A DNA stretch of 64,000 nucleotides from Isurus oxyrinchus (lineage: Eukaryota), in the NCBI GenBank assembly GCA_026770705.1, contig JANJGN010000038.1, positions 7,626,001 to 7,690,000 of the forward strand. Direction: 5' to 3'. Every line of letters begins with the position of its first letter. The stretch's first letter is position 1. Below the pieces are notes generated by a model. The model had not been told where the DNA came from. It did not search any database and worked only from the letters and a program-made list of their open reading frames with translations. Position numbers and translations under genes: made by a program. Of the stretch, positions 22,261 to 36,889 are shown one piece after another.

Positions 22261-24261
22261 TGGTTATAGGGAATGTTTTAGCGAGTACAAACGCACAAAG
22301 GGCAACAATGTAGGACGTGTCCTAGAGTTGGTTGAATGAAATGTACTGGCACCTGAATCTTAGCTCAAATGCCTGAAGCAAAATGACGATGTGTGATCTC
22401 CATTCCCCATTCCCCTGTAACTCCATTTCCACTAATGCCCATGTTCCCGATTCTGTCTTCAATAGCGTGAGACTAGAACTTTTCTCCTGACTTTGATGCT
22501 CGATTATCCCAAACTCTGTTCCTTTTTCCTCTCAAAGATTTCGCATTGGGTTGACAGAGCTTTCCCGTTAAATTAATCAAGCACAGCGGGGACGGTGCTT
22601 TAAAATGGGACGAGTCGCTCAAAAGTCCATTGACTCCGGTGGGACCGGAAAATCTCGCCGGCGGGGTGGGCCGAGATTTCCTCCCATAGTGTCTGCAGAG
22701 CATTGTTAAGATTATGGTGAGTCGACAAATTTAGATGCATTTTTGACGATGATACCAGTAAGTTGAAACCAGTGTACCTTGCGATATTGGCCATATAGAA
22801 TTACTGAAACCCTCGAAAAAGGTCGACAGGCACTCAAAAAGAAGCAAAAAGGACGACCCAAAAAGTTATGATAAATGTTACACATTCGGATTGATTGGAT
22901 CTGACATGTCGTGGTTCCCCACGTTTGTTATCTGGGTTTTCAAATATCTGCCTTATTTATTGAATACATTGGATGAAAGAATATACATTTAAATGTCTAA
23001 GACTGCAGAAGGTTGTAAGCATGTGCGCTAGAAAATAGTGCAGGTGGGGGCACAGCATTGCATAGAGGTATCTACAGATTAGGAGTTCGGCTGAAGCCGG
23101 CAGATGGAGATTAATTTGCATAAGTGCGAGGTCACTTTGCTTTCATGCAAGACAAATATATCAAGATGTATTCTACATTCTGATACAACTATATACTGCA
23201 GAGGAAAAAGAAAGAGATTTCCAACTACTCATATTTGTTAAAGCTGTACAGAGATGCAACAGCGAATCAAAAAAAAGGCCAAATGTGCGCTGATTTTTAT
23301 TGACCATTATTGAAGAGAACATTACAGTACAGTTACTGGATATTTTGACAAATAGCTCTGTACGCGTGTTCATACTCCACAAAAGCCGCTTTCCAGTTGA
23401 AGCTTTCCGCTTCATGTCAACAGATCAAAATATGTTCACGCCTTCCACTAGCATGTATTCTAGCTTCTCCTAAATTTATTATTAACATTCGTCACGACCA
23501 CATCATGTAAGAACGGGTGCTGAATTTTTGCTAACCTCTGTGTTTCCTGAATAAACTTGAAAAAGTGACAATTATTTGAGAAATGAAGTTGAGCACACAT
23601 AAATGCGAAGGGACACATTTTGGTGGGAATAATGTGGATGTAACTTTTAACTTGGAAGATGTAAGTCATAATGGGGTAAATGTGGAATCTAGCATGATCG
23701 TGGGGTGTTAGTGCACTGTTCTCTAAAGGTTATATCACAAGTTAGCAAGACAATAAAAAACCATCATGAATTCTTTATAGAGGGTTAACTTTGAAAAGCA
23801 GGAACTTTATGCTTAACCTGTATCGAACCTTGGTTCAACTACACTCGGAGTAGTATGTGCAGTTATGCTCTAAGTATTATAAAATTAGAGGGTATAGAGG
23901 TGCTTAAGAGTGAAAAGAAAATTCACACCGATGTTACCAGAATTTCGTGGATATACATATCAGGAAGGGCTTAGCAGCCAGCGTCACTTTTCCCTTGATG
24001 TAAGGAAGGCTGCATGGTGATATAATAGAGGCGATTATGTTTGCAAGGTTTGGATAGAATCTATACGAAGGAAATACTTTATTTGTTGTTAAATAACATA
24101 AGCAGAAGCTATCATCAAAAGAGAGACAACAAATCCGGCCTGTAATTCAAAATAAACTTATTCATCCAAAGAGTGATGAAAATTCAGAACTCGCTACCAC
24201 AAGCTGAATCGAATAGTAAAGGATTAATTAAGGGGAGCCTAAACAATCCACATAACGGGAG

Positions 24262-24484
24262 AAAAAATGAAAATGTTGAAAAAAAATCTCAGCAGGTCTG
24301 GCAGCATCTACGGAGGAAGAAACAGAATTAACGCTGCGAGTCCGTAGGACCCTTCTTCGGAGTCATGCGGACTCGAAACGTTAATTCTGTTTGGCTCTCC
24401 ACAGATGCAGTCAGGCCTGTTGAGGTTTTCCAGTATTTACTGTTTTTGTTTCAGATTTCCAGCATTCACAGTATTTTGCTTTCA
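24262..24484. mobile_element. non-autonomous Penelope-derived inverted-repeat (foldback) element
   Basis: Two roughly 70-90 bp arms in inverted orientation (ctcagcaggtctggcagcatc...gagtccgtaggac and gtcatgcggactcgaaacgttaa...gatgcagtcaggcctgttgag), homologous to the terminal repeat at 57940-58036. Confidence 0.8.
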
Positions 24485-27479
24485 CATGAGGAGATATTTG
24501 GACAGATGTAAAAAAAAATGTTTGGTCAGTGTGCTATTAAGAATCTTCGTAAGGAGGGAAAGTGTTGTAGGAATGTGGAGATGTGTCGGGGCGGAATTAC
24601 AGCACCCAGGGCCTTGCCCGCGGAAGGCACAATTATGGAGTGATTAAAATTGAGGGTGTACAACAGGCCGGATTTGGTAGCGTTCACTTATCTCGATGGA
24701 TAGTAGGCCTGAAGAAAACTATAAAGATAATAAGGGGTGAGGTCACGAAGGGATTTGAAAACCAGAAATAGAATTCTAAAATGCTCACATATCCAGATAT
24801 CAATAAATGTCCCATGAGCTCGAGTGTGTTAAATTTATTATACATTTGGATGCACAGGATAATGCGTGCTTCCAACACAATAGTATTCATCGGTAAGCTA
24901 CTGAGCGTCAGCGTTCTTGATATATATGGGTGTTATTGCTCCCCAGTGTTCCGCACATACGTTATGCTTTGAAGCCTTATTCATTCACATGGACAAGCTT
25001 GTGCACACCGTTTCTGCCCACGCCTATATTATTGAATGATTTACTACATATGTCCTGTAGAATGTCTCTTCTGATGAACGGCAAGTGAGACACTGTCTTC
25101 AACATAGTAAGACTGACCGCCCTGGACATTATATAGCTCAACCACAGAGCGTGGAGGGGGCAAAGTTTGCAGATTTTAATACGTAATATAGAATTATCTA
25201 TTTTTTTAAAAAAAAGCTTTTTTCAAAAACAAAGCTTACTATGGCAATTCGAAACCGGTGCGCTTGAACTTATAAGGGTCAGTGCAACTGACTCATAACA
25301 CGCTCCCCTTTATACTCCAGCCAAATGTGAAACAGTAAACATACTATTAATCAACTGACATTGTTTTTTTTCGACCTGCCTACACGTTTTAATTAATCGT
25401 AAGCTTGGCTGTTATGTTTTCGCTCCTCTACATTAGCTAACTTCCGCCAGTTTGTAACATTATCCAAGAGCCTGAGATAGTGGCAATATAAAGTGCAAAG
25501 TTGGAGTGGAATTCATGAAATAAGTACAAATCATAACTTTCCATCTCAAGAACTAAGGACAGCAATGGATCTAGTTCTAGGAAATGAAATGTTGCTAGAA
25601 GAGCGTGGTTCATTGGGAAAATATTTCAGAAACAGTAATCATAATATCATCATAACCGCGTCGGCTATAGAATTTGGGGATCACCATTTTTCTGAAACTA
25701 AATTGGAACAACTATGTAAATATTGTAACTACAAAATGAAGCAGATCAGTGACTGGGAATTATGAGGCGAGTAACTCATTTCTTGACCACTTCCCCTCAC
25801 CCCGAACCTCCCAAAGCCCTCTAAAACATCATCGAGATACGAGTAAGAAATGTGATGGAATATCTCTTCTCGATTGGATCAGTGCACTTCCAACAATCGT
25901 AACGAAGCTCGGCGCCATCCTGGACAAGGAAGCCGAACAATATACCAAACATTCATTCGGAGTACCAGCACTGTATAGCATTCATAATGATCAAGGCAGC
26001 AACCCATAACTCCTGTCAATCTGAATACATATCGTTTAATCTCTAAACTCTGCCTCCTACCTCCCATCCAAGACACAAACTATGGCAAATGGGTACATGC
26101 TTATAAATTTGTTGTATTTCGTTGTGAGTTGACAACACATAAATTAAACATATTTCAGGAATTGCTCTTCCTTTTTGCATTTTACATTGCCGCTATGTCC
26201 GTATATATTAAGATAACTGAAGCCCCGTTTGTCACTACAATGTAATCACATGTTCGTTCTGTAATTTGGCTCCAAATTTGCTTTTCAACCTTAATAATTC
26301 AGAGTTTATGGTAAATTCTCGGACATATTAGACTTCAACATAGATAATTGATTGTTGATAAGCAAATATACTGGACAGCTAACCGACTTATTCAAAGTAG
26401 GTAGGCAGGTACAACAATAATGAATAATGCTCAATAACATTTTTACCATTTTACATGCGACTAGAATAAACTGTGGGCTATGTTATGTCTGAGTTGTAGA
26501 AGCTTCGATGTAAGTTTAAGTGCAGCATGGAAATTGCGTTCTCATCATTTCTAATAATCTCTGATACATATATCTATCTATATATAAATTCAAAGGCCTA
26601 CAGTTTCCTGTGTTAACTCTTCCAGGCATTTTAAATAATGGAATTAAATTCGAAATGTCCCTTTCCTTCCGATCACGATTTACAACAAACACTCACAGAA
26701 GCCCAATTTACCCACCCGCAACACTGCTGCTCCCACTTCTGCCCCCACCTGTCCCCACCCGGACTCTTATCCGGCTCCAGCTCTGCACTCCATTGGGCAT
26801 TGGCTGCGGTCGGAGTATTCACCACCCCTCCAGTTTCTGCAGCCGGCATTGGAAAGTTGCCAGCCATTGGATTGGCCAGTATCTCTTGATGGCTGGAAGT
26901 GATCCCGGATGGGGGCGGAAGTCATAAAGTGAACCAATTTACAAACCAATGTCCATTCACTCCGCAGTCTTCACTCTGAATTTTAAGTTGCTGAACGTGT
27001 CCAACGCCTCTCGCTATACTTCCATCGTGGATGGAATTAATCAACGAAATTGGTGAGGCCAGGTCTGGAGCAGCGTGTGCTGTTTGTGTCCCCGGCCTTA
27101 TTGAAAGATATACTTCTCCTAGTGGGAGTAAATTTAATGCTCGCTAGTTTGTTTCAGTTGTGAGAGGAATTTCATATAACGATAAATTTAGCCTATACTC
27201 TCTGAAGTTTCGGGAATGAGAGACAAATGCATTGTAAGGCAAAAATGAACCTCTTAGGGAGATTTATAGGCTAAATGCTAAGGTGTTTCTTCTGTTCGGA
27301 GGGTCTAGAATTGGGCTTCATTCCCTCTGTTAAGTGGTCAGTCATTTGCTACCGTGATGATTAAAAAACAAAAATCGTCATTTACAGGGATCAACACTTT
27401 CAGATTTTTCTACCAAGAGAATAAAGATCCTGACTTGGAACTATATCCCCGATCCTTCACTGTCGTTAGGTGAAAATCA

Positions 27480-30070
27480 TACAGTCACAGGGTCATGGAG
27501 GGCTACAGCATAAAAAAGGCCCTTCGGCCCTTCGAGTCTGCACCGGTCAAACAATTACCTTACAATTCTAATCCCATTTTCCAGCACTAGACCCATAGCC
27601 TTGTATGCCATGGCATCGCAAGTGCATATCCAAATGCTTCTTAAATGTTATGAGGTTTTATGCATCTACCACCCTTTCAGGCAGTGGGTTGCAGATTCTC
27701 ACAACCCTCAGGGTTAAAGAATTCTTCCACACATCGCCCCTTAATGTCCTGCCCCTTACATTAAATCTATTGCCACTAGTTATTGATCTCTCCACCGAGG
27801 AGAAAGGTTCATTCCTGTCTACGCTATCTATACTCCTAATAATTTTATACACCTCAATCCTATCCCCCCTCAATCTCCTCGGTGCTAAGGAAAGTAACCC
27901 CAGTCTATCCAGTCTCTCCTCTTAACTAAAACTCCCCAGCCCAGGCAACATCTGGTAAATCTCTTCTGCACTCTCTCTAGTGCAATCTCATCCTTCCTAT
28001 AATGTGGATTCCAGAACTGTACACAATACTCTAGCTGTGGTCTAACCAGCGCTGTATTCATTTCCAGCATAAAATCCCTGACTTATACTCAATTCCTCAG
28101 CTAATAAAGACAAGTATCCTATAAACCTTCTTAACCACTTTATCTACCTGCCCTGCTATCTTAAGGGACCGGTGGACATGTACACCAAGATACCTCTGAC
28201 CCTCAATATTTCCCAGGGTCCTATCATTTATTACGTATTCCTGTACATTTTTTGTCCTGCCCCAGTGCATCATTTCACAATTATCTGAATAAAATTCCAT
28301 TTACCACTGATCAGCCCATCTGACCAACCGTCTATGAACTCGTGTAATCTAAGGCTATCCCCCTCACAATTTACCATGCCACCAATTTTAATGTCATTTA
28401 TGAATTTACTAATGAACCCTCCTATGTTCAAGTCTAAATCATTTATATTTACCACAAACAGCGAAGGATGCAACACTGATCTCTGTGGAAACTCACTGGA
28501 CACAGGCATCCAGTCACAAAAGCAATCCTGGCCATCACACTCTGCTTCCTCCACACAGCCAATTCTCGATCCAATTTTCCAAATTGCCTTGGATCCCATG
28601 AGCTCTTACCTTCGGTATCAGTCTTCCAAGTGGGGCCTTACCAAAAGCCTTGCTGAAGTCCAAGTATGCTACCACAAATGCATTGTCCTCATCTACACGC
28701 ATGGTCACCATTTTGAAAAATTCAATCAAATTGGTCAGACATGATCTCCTCCTAACAAAGCCATGCTGACTGTCCTTGACTAAACACTTCCTCTCCAAGT
28801 GTAGATTAATTTTGTCTCTCAGAATTACTTCCAATAGCTTCCTCACCACTGAGGTGAGGCTGACTGGTCTGCAGTTCCCTGGTTTATCCCTTCCTCCCTT
28901 CTTGAAAAATGACACCACGTTGGCTGCTGCCTGTCCTCTGGCAACTCTGCGATGGAAAGAGGTATTGAAAGTTATTGCCAGCGGCCCTGCTATCTCCTCC
29001 CATGTCTCAGTCAACAGCCTGCGACATATTTCATTCCGACTTGGAAATTTATCTACTTTTGTGCCTGCCAGGCCACTTAGGAACTCCATTCTTTCTATGC
29101 TAATTTACTAATTATATTACAGTACTTCTGTCTGATTTCCTTACCCACGTTGTCCCTTTCACCAGTGAACACTGACACAAAGTATTCATTTTGAACATAA
29201 CTACATCTTTCGGTCCCACCCACAAATTACCACCATGGTCCTTAATGGACCCTACTCTTTCCCTATTTATCCTCTTGCTCCTAAGATGCATGTAAAATAA
29301 CTTTGCATTTCCCTATATTTTACCTGTTTTTTGATGCCCCCTTTTTTCTCTCCTAATTTCCTTTTTAACTCCCTCCTACACATTCTATACTCCTCTATGG
29401 ATTCCTGTGTTTTGAGCCTTCAGTATCTCTCGTAAGCCTCCGCTTTTCTCTTTATCCAATCTTGTCTACCCCTCGACATCCAGGGTCCCCGGAATTTGTT
29501 CGTCTCACCCTTTGTCTTTAATGGAATATGTTGGCCCTGTACTCTTTACATTTCCTTCTTGAATGGGCCCCACTGTTCTGAGGCAGATTTACTTTAAAGT
29601 CGCTGCTCCCAGTCCAATCTGGCCAAATCATGTCTGCTCTCATTAAAATCGGCCTTCCCCCAATGTAGAACTCCGATTTCTGGCTCATCCTTGTCCTTTA
29701 CCATAACAATCTTGAATCTAATGGAGCTTTGATCACTATCTGCAAAATGCTCCCCCGCTGATACCTCTACCACTTTCCTGGCTACAGGACCGCCCCATGT
29801 TGTGTTGGACCTTCCACGTACAGGCTTAAAAAAGCTCTTCTGGATGCATTTTAAGAAATTCTGCTCCCTCTAAACGTATAACGCTATGATTAATCCAAAC
29901 ATTGTTGGGGACGTTGAAACCCCCCACCATTCATACTCAATTAGTTTTACACTTATATGATATTTTCCTACATATCTGCTCTTCCAATTCTCTCTGACTG
30001 ATTGGGGGCCTATAGTACATTCCCAAAATGTGCTCGTGTTTTGTTTTTAAATTCTACAAATATGGTTTCA
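27480..30070 (-). mobile_element. CR1 LINE, about 2.6 kb (end of endonuclease, RT, 3' tail), inserted into the 3' region of another LINE (27425-27480 and 30075-30240)
   Basis: ORFs 28535-29089 (DKPGNCRPVSLTSVV...QHGFVRRRSCLTNLIEFF), 28270-28599, 28097-28300, 27885-28070 (LVRPQLEYCVQFW) and 27658-27873. Confidence 0.9.
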
Positions 30071-31419
30071 TTTGGGTAGGAAACTTTTCCTGACAGCACT
30101 GTGGGAGCACCGATACCACAGGGACTGTAACAGTTCAGGAAGGCGGCTCACCACCACTTTGTCAAAGGCAATTATGGATGAGTAATTAATAATGTCCTAG
30201 CCAGCAACAACAAAACCCCATGAACGAATAAATAAAAGCTGAGGATATGAATTTTGGGAAAGATATAAATCTTACACTATGGAATCAAGGGATTGTTGGA
30301 TAGATGTGGAGGGGGAAGGTGCCGTTTGATCCCGCATGTAAAGATTTCAGTGTGTCCATCAATCACTGAAACTGCTCCAAAATATCAACAACTTGCACCT
30401 ATGTTAATATACCCATCACGCTCTTCCGAAATCCATTCCAATCATTTTAACAACTGAAGTCATTCCAAAGGATCAGACGTTCGGTATTCTTGCCAAATCC
30501 GCAGATAATTAAGTTTCTGTGGGAAGAAACTTTGGATTATAAAGTCTGGGAAAGTTAGTCGCACAATCCCTGAATATTAAACAGTGATCCACATGCCAGG
30601 CTTTCAGCATTCATTTCATAATCGGGTCATCTGGGAATTCGACAGAGGAATGAATTTCAACCATACAATCAGAGACTGGGTACAGCGCAGAAAGAAGCTA
30701 TTCTGATCACCGTGCCCGTGCCCGTTCTCTGCAGCAGCCACTCATCTAGACCCAATTCTCCGCCCTGCATTGTTTCTTTCTCAGATAATTATGCAATTCC
30801 CTTTTGAAGCCATGACTGATTCTCCCTCCAGGGCATTCCAGAGCCTATCCGCTTGCTGAGTGAAAGAAACATTACTTTTATTCCCTTCCCTTGTGTGACA
30901 TTTTTCACCTTAAATAAGTTTCCCCTCGTTCTTGATTCTTCCGCCAATGGAACAGTTTCTCGCTTTGTTTTCTGTCCAGGCACATCATAATTTTTATTAC
31001 TTCTATAAAATCTGCTCTGGCCCTTCTCTTCTCCAAGTTGAACAGCCACAGTTTCTCTAAACCACCCGTGCAACAAAATCACCTCTTCCCTGGAACCGTT
31101 TTTGAAATTCGCTCCTGTACCCTAATTAATGCCTTCAGATCCTTCCAAATGTGTAGAGACCAGAACTGATCATAATATTCCATTTAATGTCAAGCATTTG
31201 TGTGACAACCTGCTTGTTTTTGCATCATATGCTTCTAATTATGAAGCTCCCGATTAGCTATAACTTTTTAACCATGTTTTCAACTTGTTCTGTTGCATCA
31301 ATTGGTTTGTGCAAATATACCCCACAGGTCACTCTGCGCCTCCATTCCCCTGAGGAAAGTGCCCTTATTTATTCATTGCCTTGCCTCATTCTTCCTGCCA
31401 AAATTTATCACTTCATTAA

Positions 31420-31910
31420 AAGCAAAATACTTCCGATGCTGCAAAACTGAAACAAAAGCAAAAATATCTGGAAAAACTCATCAGGCCTGACAGCATCTGC
31501 GGAGAGGAACACAGTTAACGTTTCGAGTCCGTTTGACCCTTCTTCAGAATTAAGGAAATATACAAATGAGGTAAAATATAATTTACTTGAGGGGCGTGGG
31601 ACTGATAGAGCTAGACCAAGGGTCAGTGATAGGTGAAGGCAAAGAAGAGATTCCTAAAGATGTGATAGGCAAAAGGACGAGGGAGTGTTGACGGTGGTGA
31701 TATTATCTAAGGAATGCGCTAATGGTGACATTAAGGGTGGAAAGCAGGACAACCAAGTGAAAGATGGCCCTAGTGGGGGTGGGTTGGGGGGAAGGGATCG
31801 AAATGGGTTAAAAGGTGGAGATAAACCGATAGATAACATGGACTCAAAACGTTAACTATATTCCTCTCTGCTGTCAGACCTGGTGAGTTTTTCCAGCTAT
31901 TTTTGTTTCT
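31420..31910. mobile_element. Penelope-derived fragment with inverted terminal repeat copies
   Basis: 31420-31830 parallels 57940-58330 of the long element; 31836-31910 is an inverted partial copy of the terminal repeat. Confidence 0.8.
31514..31550 (-). ncRNA. minimal hammerhead ribozyme motif (Penelope-type)
   Basis: AUU-CUGAAGA-A-GGGUC-AAACG-GACUC-GAAA-CG-UU-AAC: core boxes, stem II, palindromic ACGU stem III. Confidence 0.7.
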
Positions 31911-34900
31911 TTCACCCCAACGTTGTCTAAAGTTACATCTATCACTTGTCCACCTATTCCACCAGTGTGCCCATGTCCTCTTCAAATCGATGGCTATCCA
32001 TCCAACAAGTTTGCAATACATCCACGATTTCAACAATGCGTCAATGTTGAAATTGTTTCCTTGCAAACCCTAGTCCAAGCCCTAAATATATAACAAGGAA
32101 AACAGTTATCCTAGTACCTGCTGCTGAAGAACCCTACTTCATGCCTTCCTCCAGTTAGAAAAGAAATCATAATTCATCACTGCTCTTTGTTATCTGTCAC
32201 TCATCCATCTTCGGATCCAGCATGCCACTCTGCCTTTTATACAATGGCATTAACATTGCTGGCAAGCGTGTTATTTTGAAAATTTCCAACACTTTCTTTC
32301 TCCTCATCAAAACCTAAGAACAAAATGAACTGCACCAAAATTTATTCAAGTCTCGACATATCCTCTTAAGTCAATCATGATGAACTTGTCATTTCCATGG
32401 GGCTCTCTATAGTGGCTGTAGATACTCAAAACAATAAATAACTAAGGAGGACCATTGCACATACAATCGTTCTCAGTGCAAGAATAGATGTAGATACCCA
32501 CTGTAGATGCTATATTGAGTGAATCCTTGAAACAAAGAAACACCTCGGGATTGAAAAATGAAAATCTCTTTTCATGACCGTTTTCAAGATCATGGTAACG
32601 CAAAATGCGACTCTGTTTTGCACCACTTAACTGTTATTAGTAATAGATATCTCCGTCATAGCAGACCTTCTGAACTAAACACATTTTGTGAATAAATAGC
32701 AAAACAAAATGAATGTTGGACAGCCTGGTCATGAAGCACACTTGGTTTCAAAACAAGCTTTCCATAACGTTCCACATCAAAGGCTGTAGCAGCAGATTAA
32801 AACATTGCGGGAGGAAGTTTTATTGACTGCTGGTGACAACTATTCGCCAGGCCACTTTGCGCCTGCCTAAGGTTTAATGGTATGGATAAAAGGTGAAGAT
32901 GGCGTAGCATTTCGCTGAAGAATGTTAAGTATTCAATTCTAGTTAGGGGTTTTGTTTATTGTTTAAAAAGGTGGGCTGCCCAAGTATGGGGGTCAAGCTG
33001 CCCACATTATTCAAGTGATCCCAATTCAGAAAGAAATGCAAGTTGGCCTAGATCGCAGAAGAAATGTATTGGAATTTCGTTAAGCACACAATCAGTTGGT
33101 TACTGGGAGTTAGTTATTTGGTGTCTGTCCGGATAGGACTACGACAAATTAAATACAATGCAAGCAATTAACCTTGAGATTATGAAGTGGAATGCACTAC
33201 CTTGAGGATGAAAGTTAAGCTGAAATGGATGGGAGTAGGGGCCGAGTTTATGTCTTCAAGTTATGGGTGCATAATTCAGCCAGCCAAAGTTGGAAAATCG
33301 GGAGGGTAGGTTGGCACTTTGGTAGAGAGATCCTTCCGACTGGCCTACCTGTTTTGATAAACAGTGATTGATTCTCCTCTCTGTTAACCAGGCCATTGTA
33401 TCCAGGTTGGTGCTAAAGGCGAACATTGATCCCTGAAAATGTAATAGAGAACAGAGCCTTGTTCGATAAAGTAATGATTTCTAATCCATATCGCCACCTT
33501 GTTAGGGTAGCCCTCTAAGTCTGTTGGTTTATCCTGACACCTTGAACATTTCAGGTCAAGCCTTAAAACTAGATTTCAACTCGGGTACTTGTGTCACAAC
33601 AGTAAGGCCCAAGCACTGGCAATGGTGCTGGGTGGCGTTAACAGAGGATATTCCTACAGTCAGAGGATCAGAATATTAGAAGGCCTCAGGAAAGTGCAGA
33701 TCTTTGACCTATAAATGAGGTGAATCTATGAGTTTAATACAAGAAACGAAACCAGAGATCAAATTTAAATTGAGTGCACATCAATTGAACGCAGGCACAA
33801 ACTGGTAACTGGTGCGTTTCTGACTGATTTTTGATAGAACATGTATAGACCAAGAATTAGCAATCCCTGGAAGGGTATTCTGGTAGGGATGTGGAAATAA
33901 AATCTGGAAATGGTGCAAGAGTCTTCTGGGCTTCTGGCAGTTGAATCAAGAGAACATGATTCTTTCATTTTTGCTTATGTTTGATGTCTGCCTGAATGAT
34001 CTCAGCCTCACCATTACTAACCCGAGTAACAGTTACATTGATACACTTGGCAGGGGCATGCCTAACATAACGAATACCATCCTTTTTTTTTCAAATTGAC
34101 ACTAAGTCTAAATTTCCCGACTTTATCACCATAATTCGGCCCACCTCTTGCAGGTTTCGATTTGGAGAGGGATGTTTTATTGATAGTTGTGTAAAAAGGC
34201 GCATGACAACGATTCATCAACCCATTTAACGTCTGCCTGGGATTTAAAATTCATTTGTGCCGTGCTTGGAATCTGAACACCAACTTCAACAAGCATATCA
34301 ATCCAGAGCACATGTTCCTCATGTTCTCTAAAATCCGCTCACTATAATAGGATTCAGTCTCCATGTGCGGTCACATGGTCACAAATAATCAGCATTTACG
34401 GATGAACCAAGTAAGGAACCGGCTACAGACACAACCCAATTTAGCACTAATCCCGGTGATAAACTTACAGTGCCCAAATTTCAGTGCACTTTTGATTGAT
34501 GCATGTTGTTTCAGGAATACAAATCAACGAACGGAAGTCCAAATGAACGGCGATGCAATCGCTTAAATTAACTGCTTAGGGGTGAACATTATCTATACAC
34601 GTGTATTTTATACTTCAGCGACTACAAAAGTCTCCCATTGCCCGTGAAATGTTTTGACGTGTCATACGGTGGTGAAAGACGCTACAGTACGTTCTTTTAT
34701 GTAAATACTACTAATTAATCCACACACATGCACACATCTATAAATGCACACAGAAATACACACACGCACAGATATAAATATATCACAATAAATAAATCAA
34801 GCTTGAGTTCAGCCAATCAATATCATTGCTGTTCACCGCAACATACAGGCGGGGTTCGCCCCGATGTCACTAATAACCTCCAGTTCTGGTATCATAAGGA

Positions 34901-36889
34901 ACTAAAACAAGGAACTGACTCTTTCCTTGCATGTGATCACCATTATATCCTCACTTCCATATTGCCAACTAGTGATGATAATGTGTTCCCCAATTCAGTC
35001 AACCTCCAGAACACTTTTCAACTTATTAAAATACAGTCGACTTGCAACAGACACGGATTAAGACCATGTCATTCATCGCAAACTGTCCTAAGCCACATCC
35101 TTATCACCGGGATGGAGTTATCTCAACTATTGCACGTTTCAGCTTATGGCTGACACGTCGGCATTGCAAGCCAAATATTGATTCAGTTCCTCACACAAGT
35201 TCTCTGCCAGAAACTGCTCTCAAAGCAGGTTGACAAATATGGGGGAGGTAACTAAAAATAACACTGTAAACCTTTCAGTTCCGCAATACATTCGTGAAAA
35301 ATAGTTGAGAATAGTGCACAACACATTTCAAAGCTGAACCACCGAGTTCACTGTTGAGCCAGCGAGCGTCCAAAAGTGGATTAGTAGGAAGCACAGACTA
35401 ATGAAGGTTCAAATATTTGTTACTGGAAAATCGATCAAAGAATTTGCAATAAATGAGCACAATAGAATCTGAGACTTTTATTTAAATCTCTTATCGATAG
35501 CAGTCCAGATGGCTGCTCATCCGTGCTCAGTTACCTTGCATTCTGGGAACTGAGCACTATTTTTCAGCATACTGATGACGTTTTCCACCTAATGGTTAGA
35601 TCATAAATGATTATATTTGCTTAAAGACACACAAGTAAACCCATATATTAACGACTATTGTTATTTGTCTATCAATTAATCTCACTTCAGCTGAGTTGAT
35701 CGGCGAACAATTCTTTCATTTTTTAAGGCAAGGCAGAACTCACAACTGAGTATTTATTAGTGATTTTCTGCTGGTATTAAAAAAAACATAAAATATGTAA
35801 ATTGGGGGCGAAACCGCCCAATGTTCAGTAGTTTTAGCACCTGCAAATCACATTCATATTTCTGTACCGCTTTCTTGTGAACCATGTAAATTTGGAGCAG
35901 GTTCGCACAGATGGACGGCAAACAGGAAGTACCGAAAGGTGCAATGGAACAATGTCACGCCTGATATCTCCAAGAAGGTGAAGGTGACTAATAATGACAA
36001 AATCGACTAATGATACAAACACTGCTATTTTCTACTGAGGGGCTGCTTTGGGGGAATGTTATGCTACAGAATGGGGGTAACGGACGGGGATAATATTTGA
36101 GGAGGGGAAAGGAAGATGTGGTGCAGGGATATTTAAAGAACCGTCACAAGTTGAGAAGTTTGTTTATAGGATAAAAGCGATCTTTGGTTTTATTAATAAA
36201 GGTATAGACCACAGAAGATGTTCCACTTTTTTAAATAAATCAATGATTATGCATCCGCTGCAGTTTTGCATTTCATTCCAGGTACTACAATTTAGGAACA
36301 ATACCAAGATTTCGAAACTGAGATTTAACAACGATTATGGACTTCAGTTTTGTGGGGAGATTAGGAAATCTTTCCCTGTTCTTCCTATAAAAAATGTGAC
36401 AAGGAGATATAATCAAGATGCTCAAAATGTTTAAAGCTTTGGATGGGCCCGAAAAAGATTAAGCGCTTAAGTTGTAAGAGGGTCTGCAACCTTGGAACGC
36501 AAATTCAAAATAAACGGTAAAGAAACAGAGCCGGAGAACAAATTATTTTTGTTACATAATGTGCTGTGGTTTGGCTTGAACTAAAGTGCAAGCAGGTGCA
36601 CCATTGATTCAAATGAAAACTGGACATGTAATTAGAAAGTAATTAGATAATATTTGCAGTGGTGTCGGTAAAGGAGAGGTAAGTGGGAATTCTTGAATAG
36701 CTGTTAGAGACAGAGAGAGAGCGAACTGGCATATGCATGTTTGGAGGATTTACAACTCCATGATTATATTATTCTGTGAATGTGATAAATAAGGAAATCT
36801 GTGAATGGAATTTTTAATAATTAGTATGGAATGCCTTCCTATTTCTCACTGAGATGGCATAATATAATGGACTTTGGTGGGCCGGGGAA

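Larger units (their letters stand above)
30660..32280 (-). mobile_element. decayed CR1 3' fragment interrupted by a Penelope-derived insert
   Basis: CR1 antisense remnants (ccctcgttcttgattc, cagaactgatcataatattc, cttcctgccaaaatttatcacttca) resume after 31910 (cacttgtccacctattccaccag). Confidence 0.6.
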
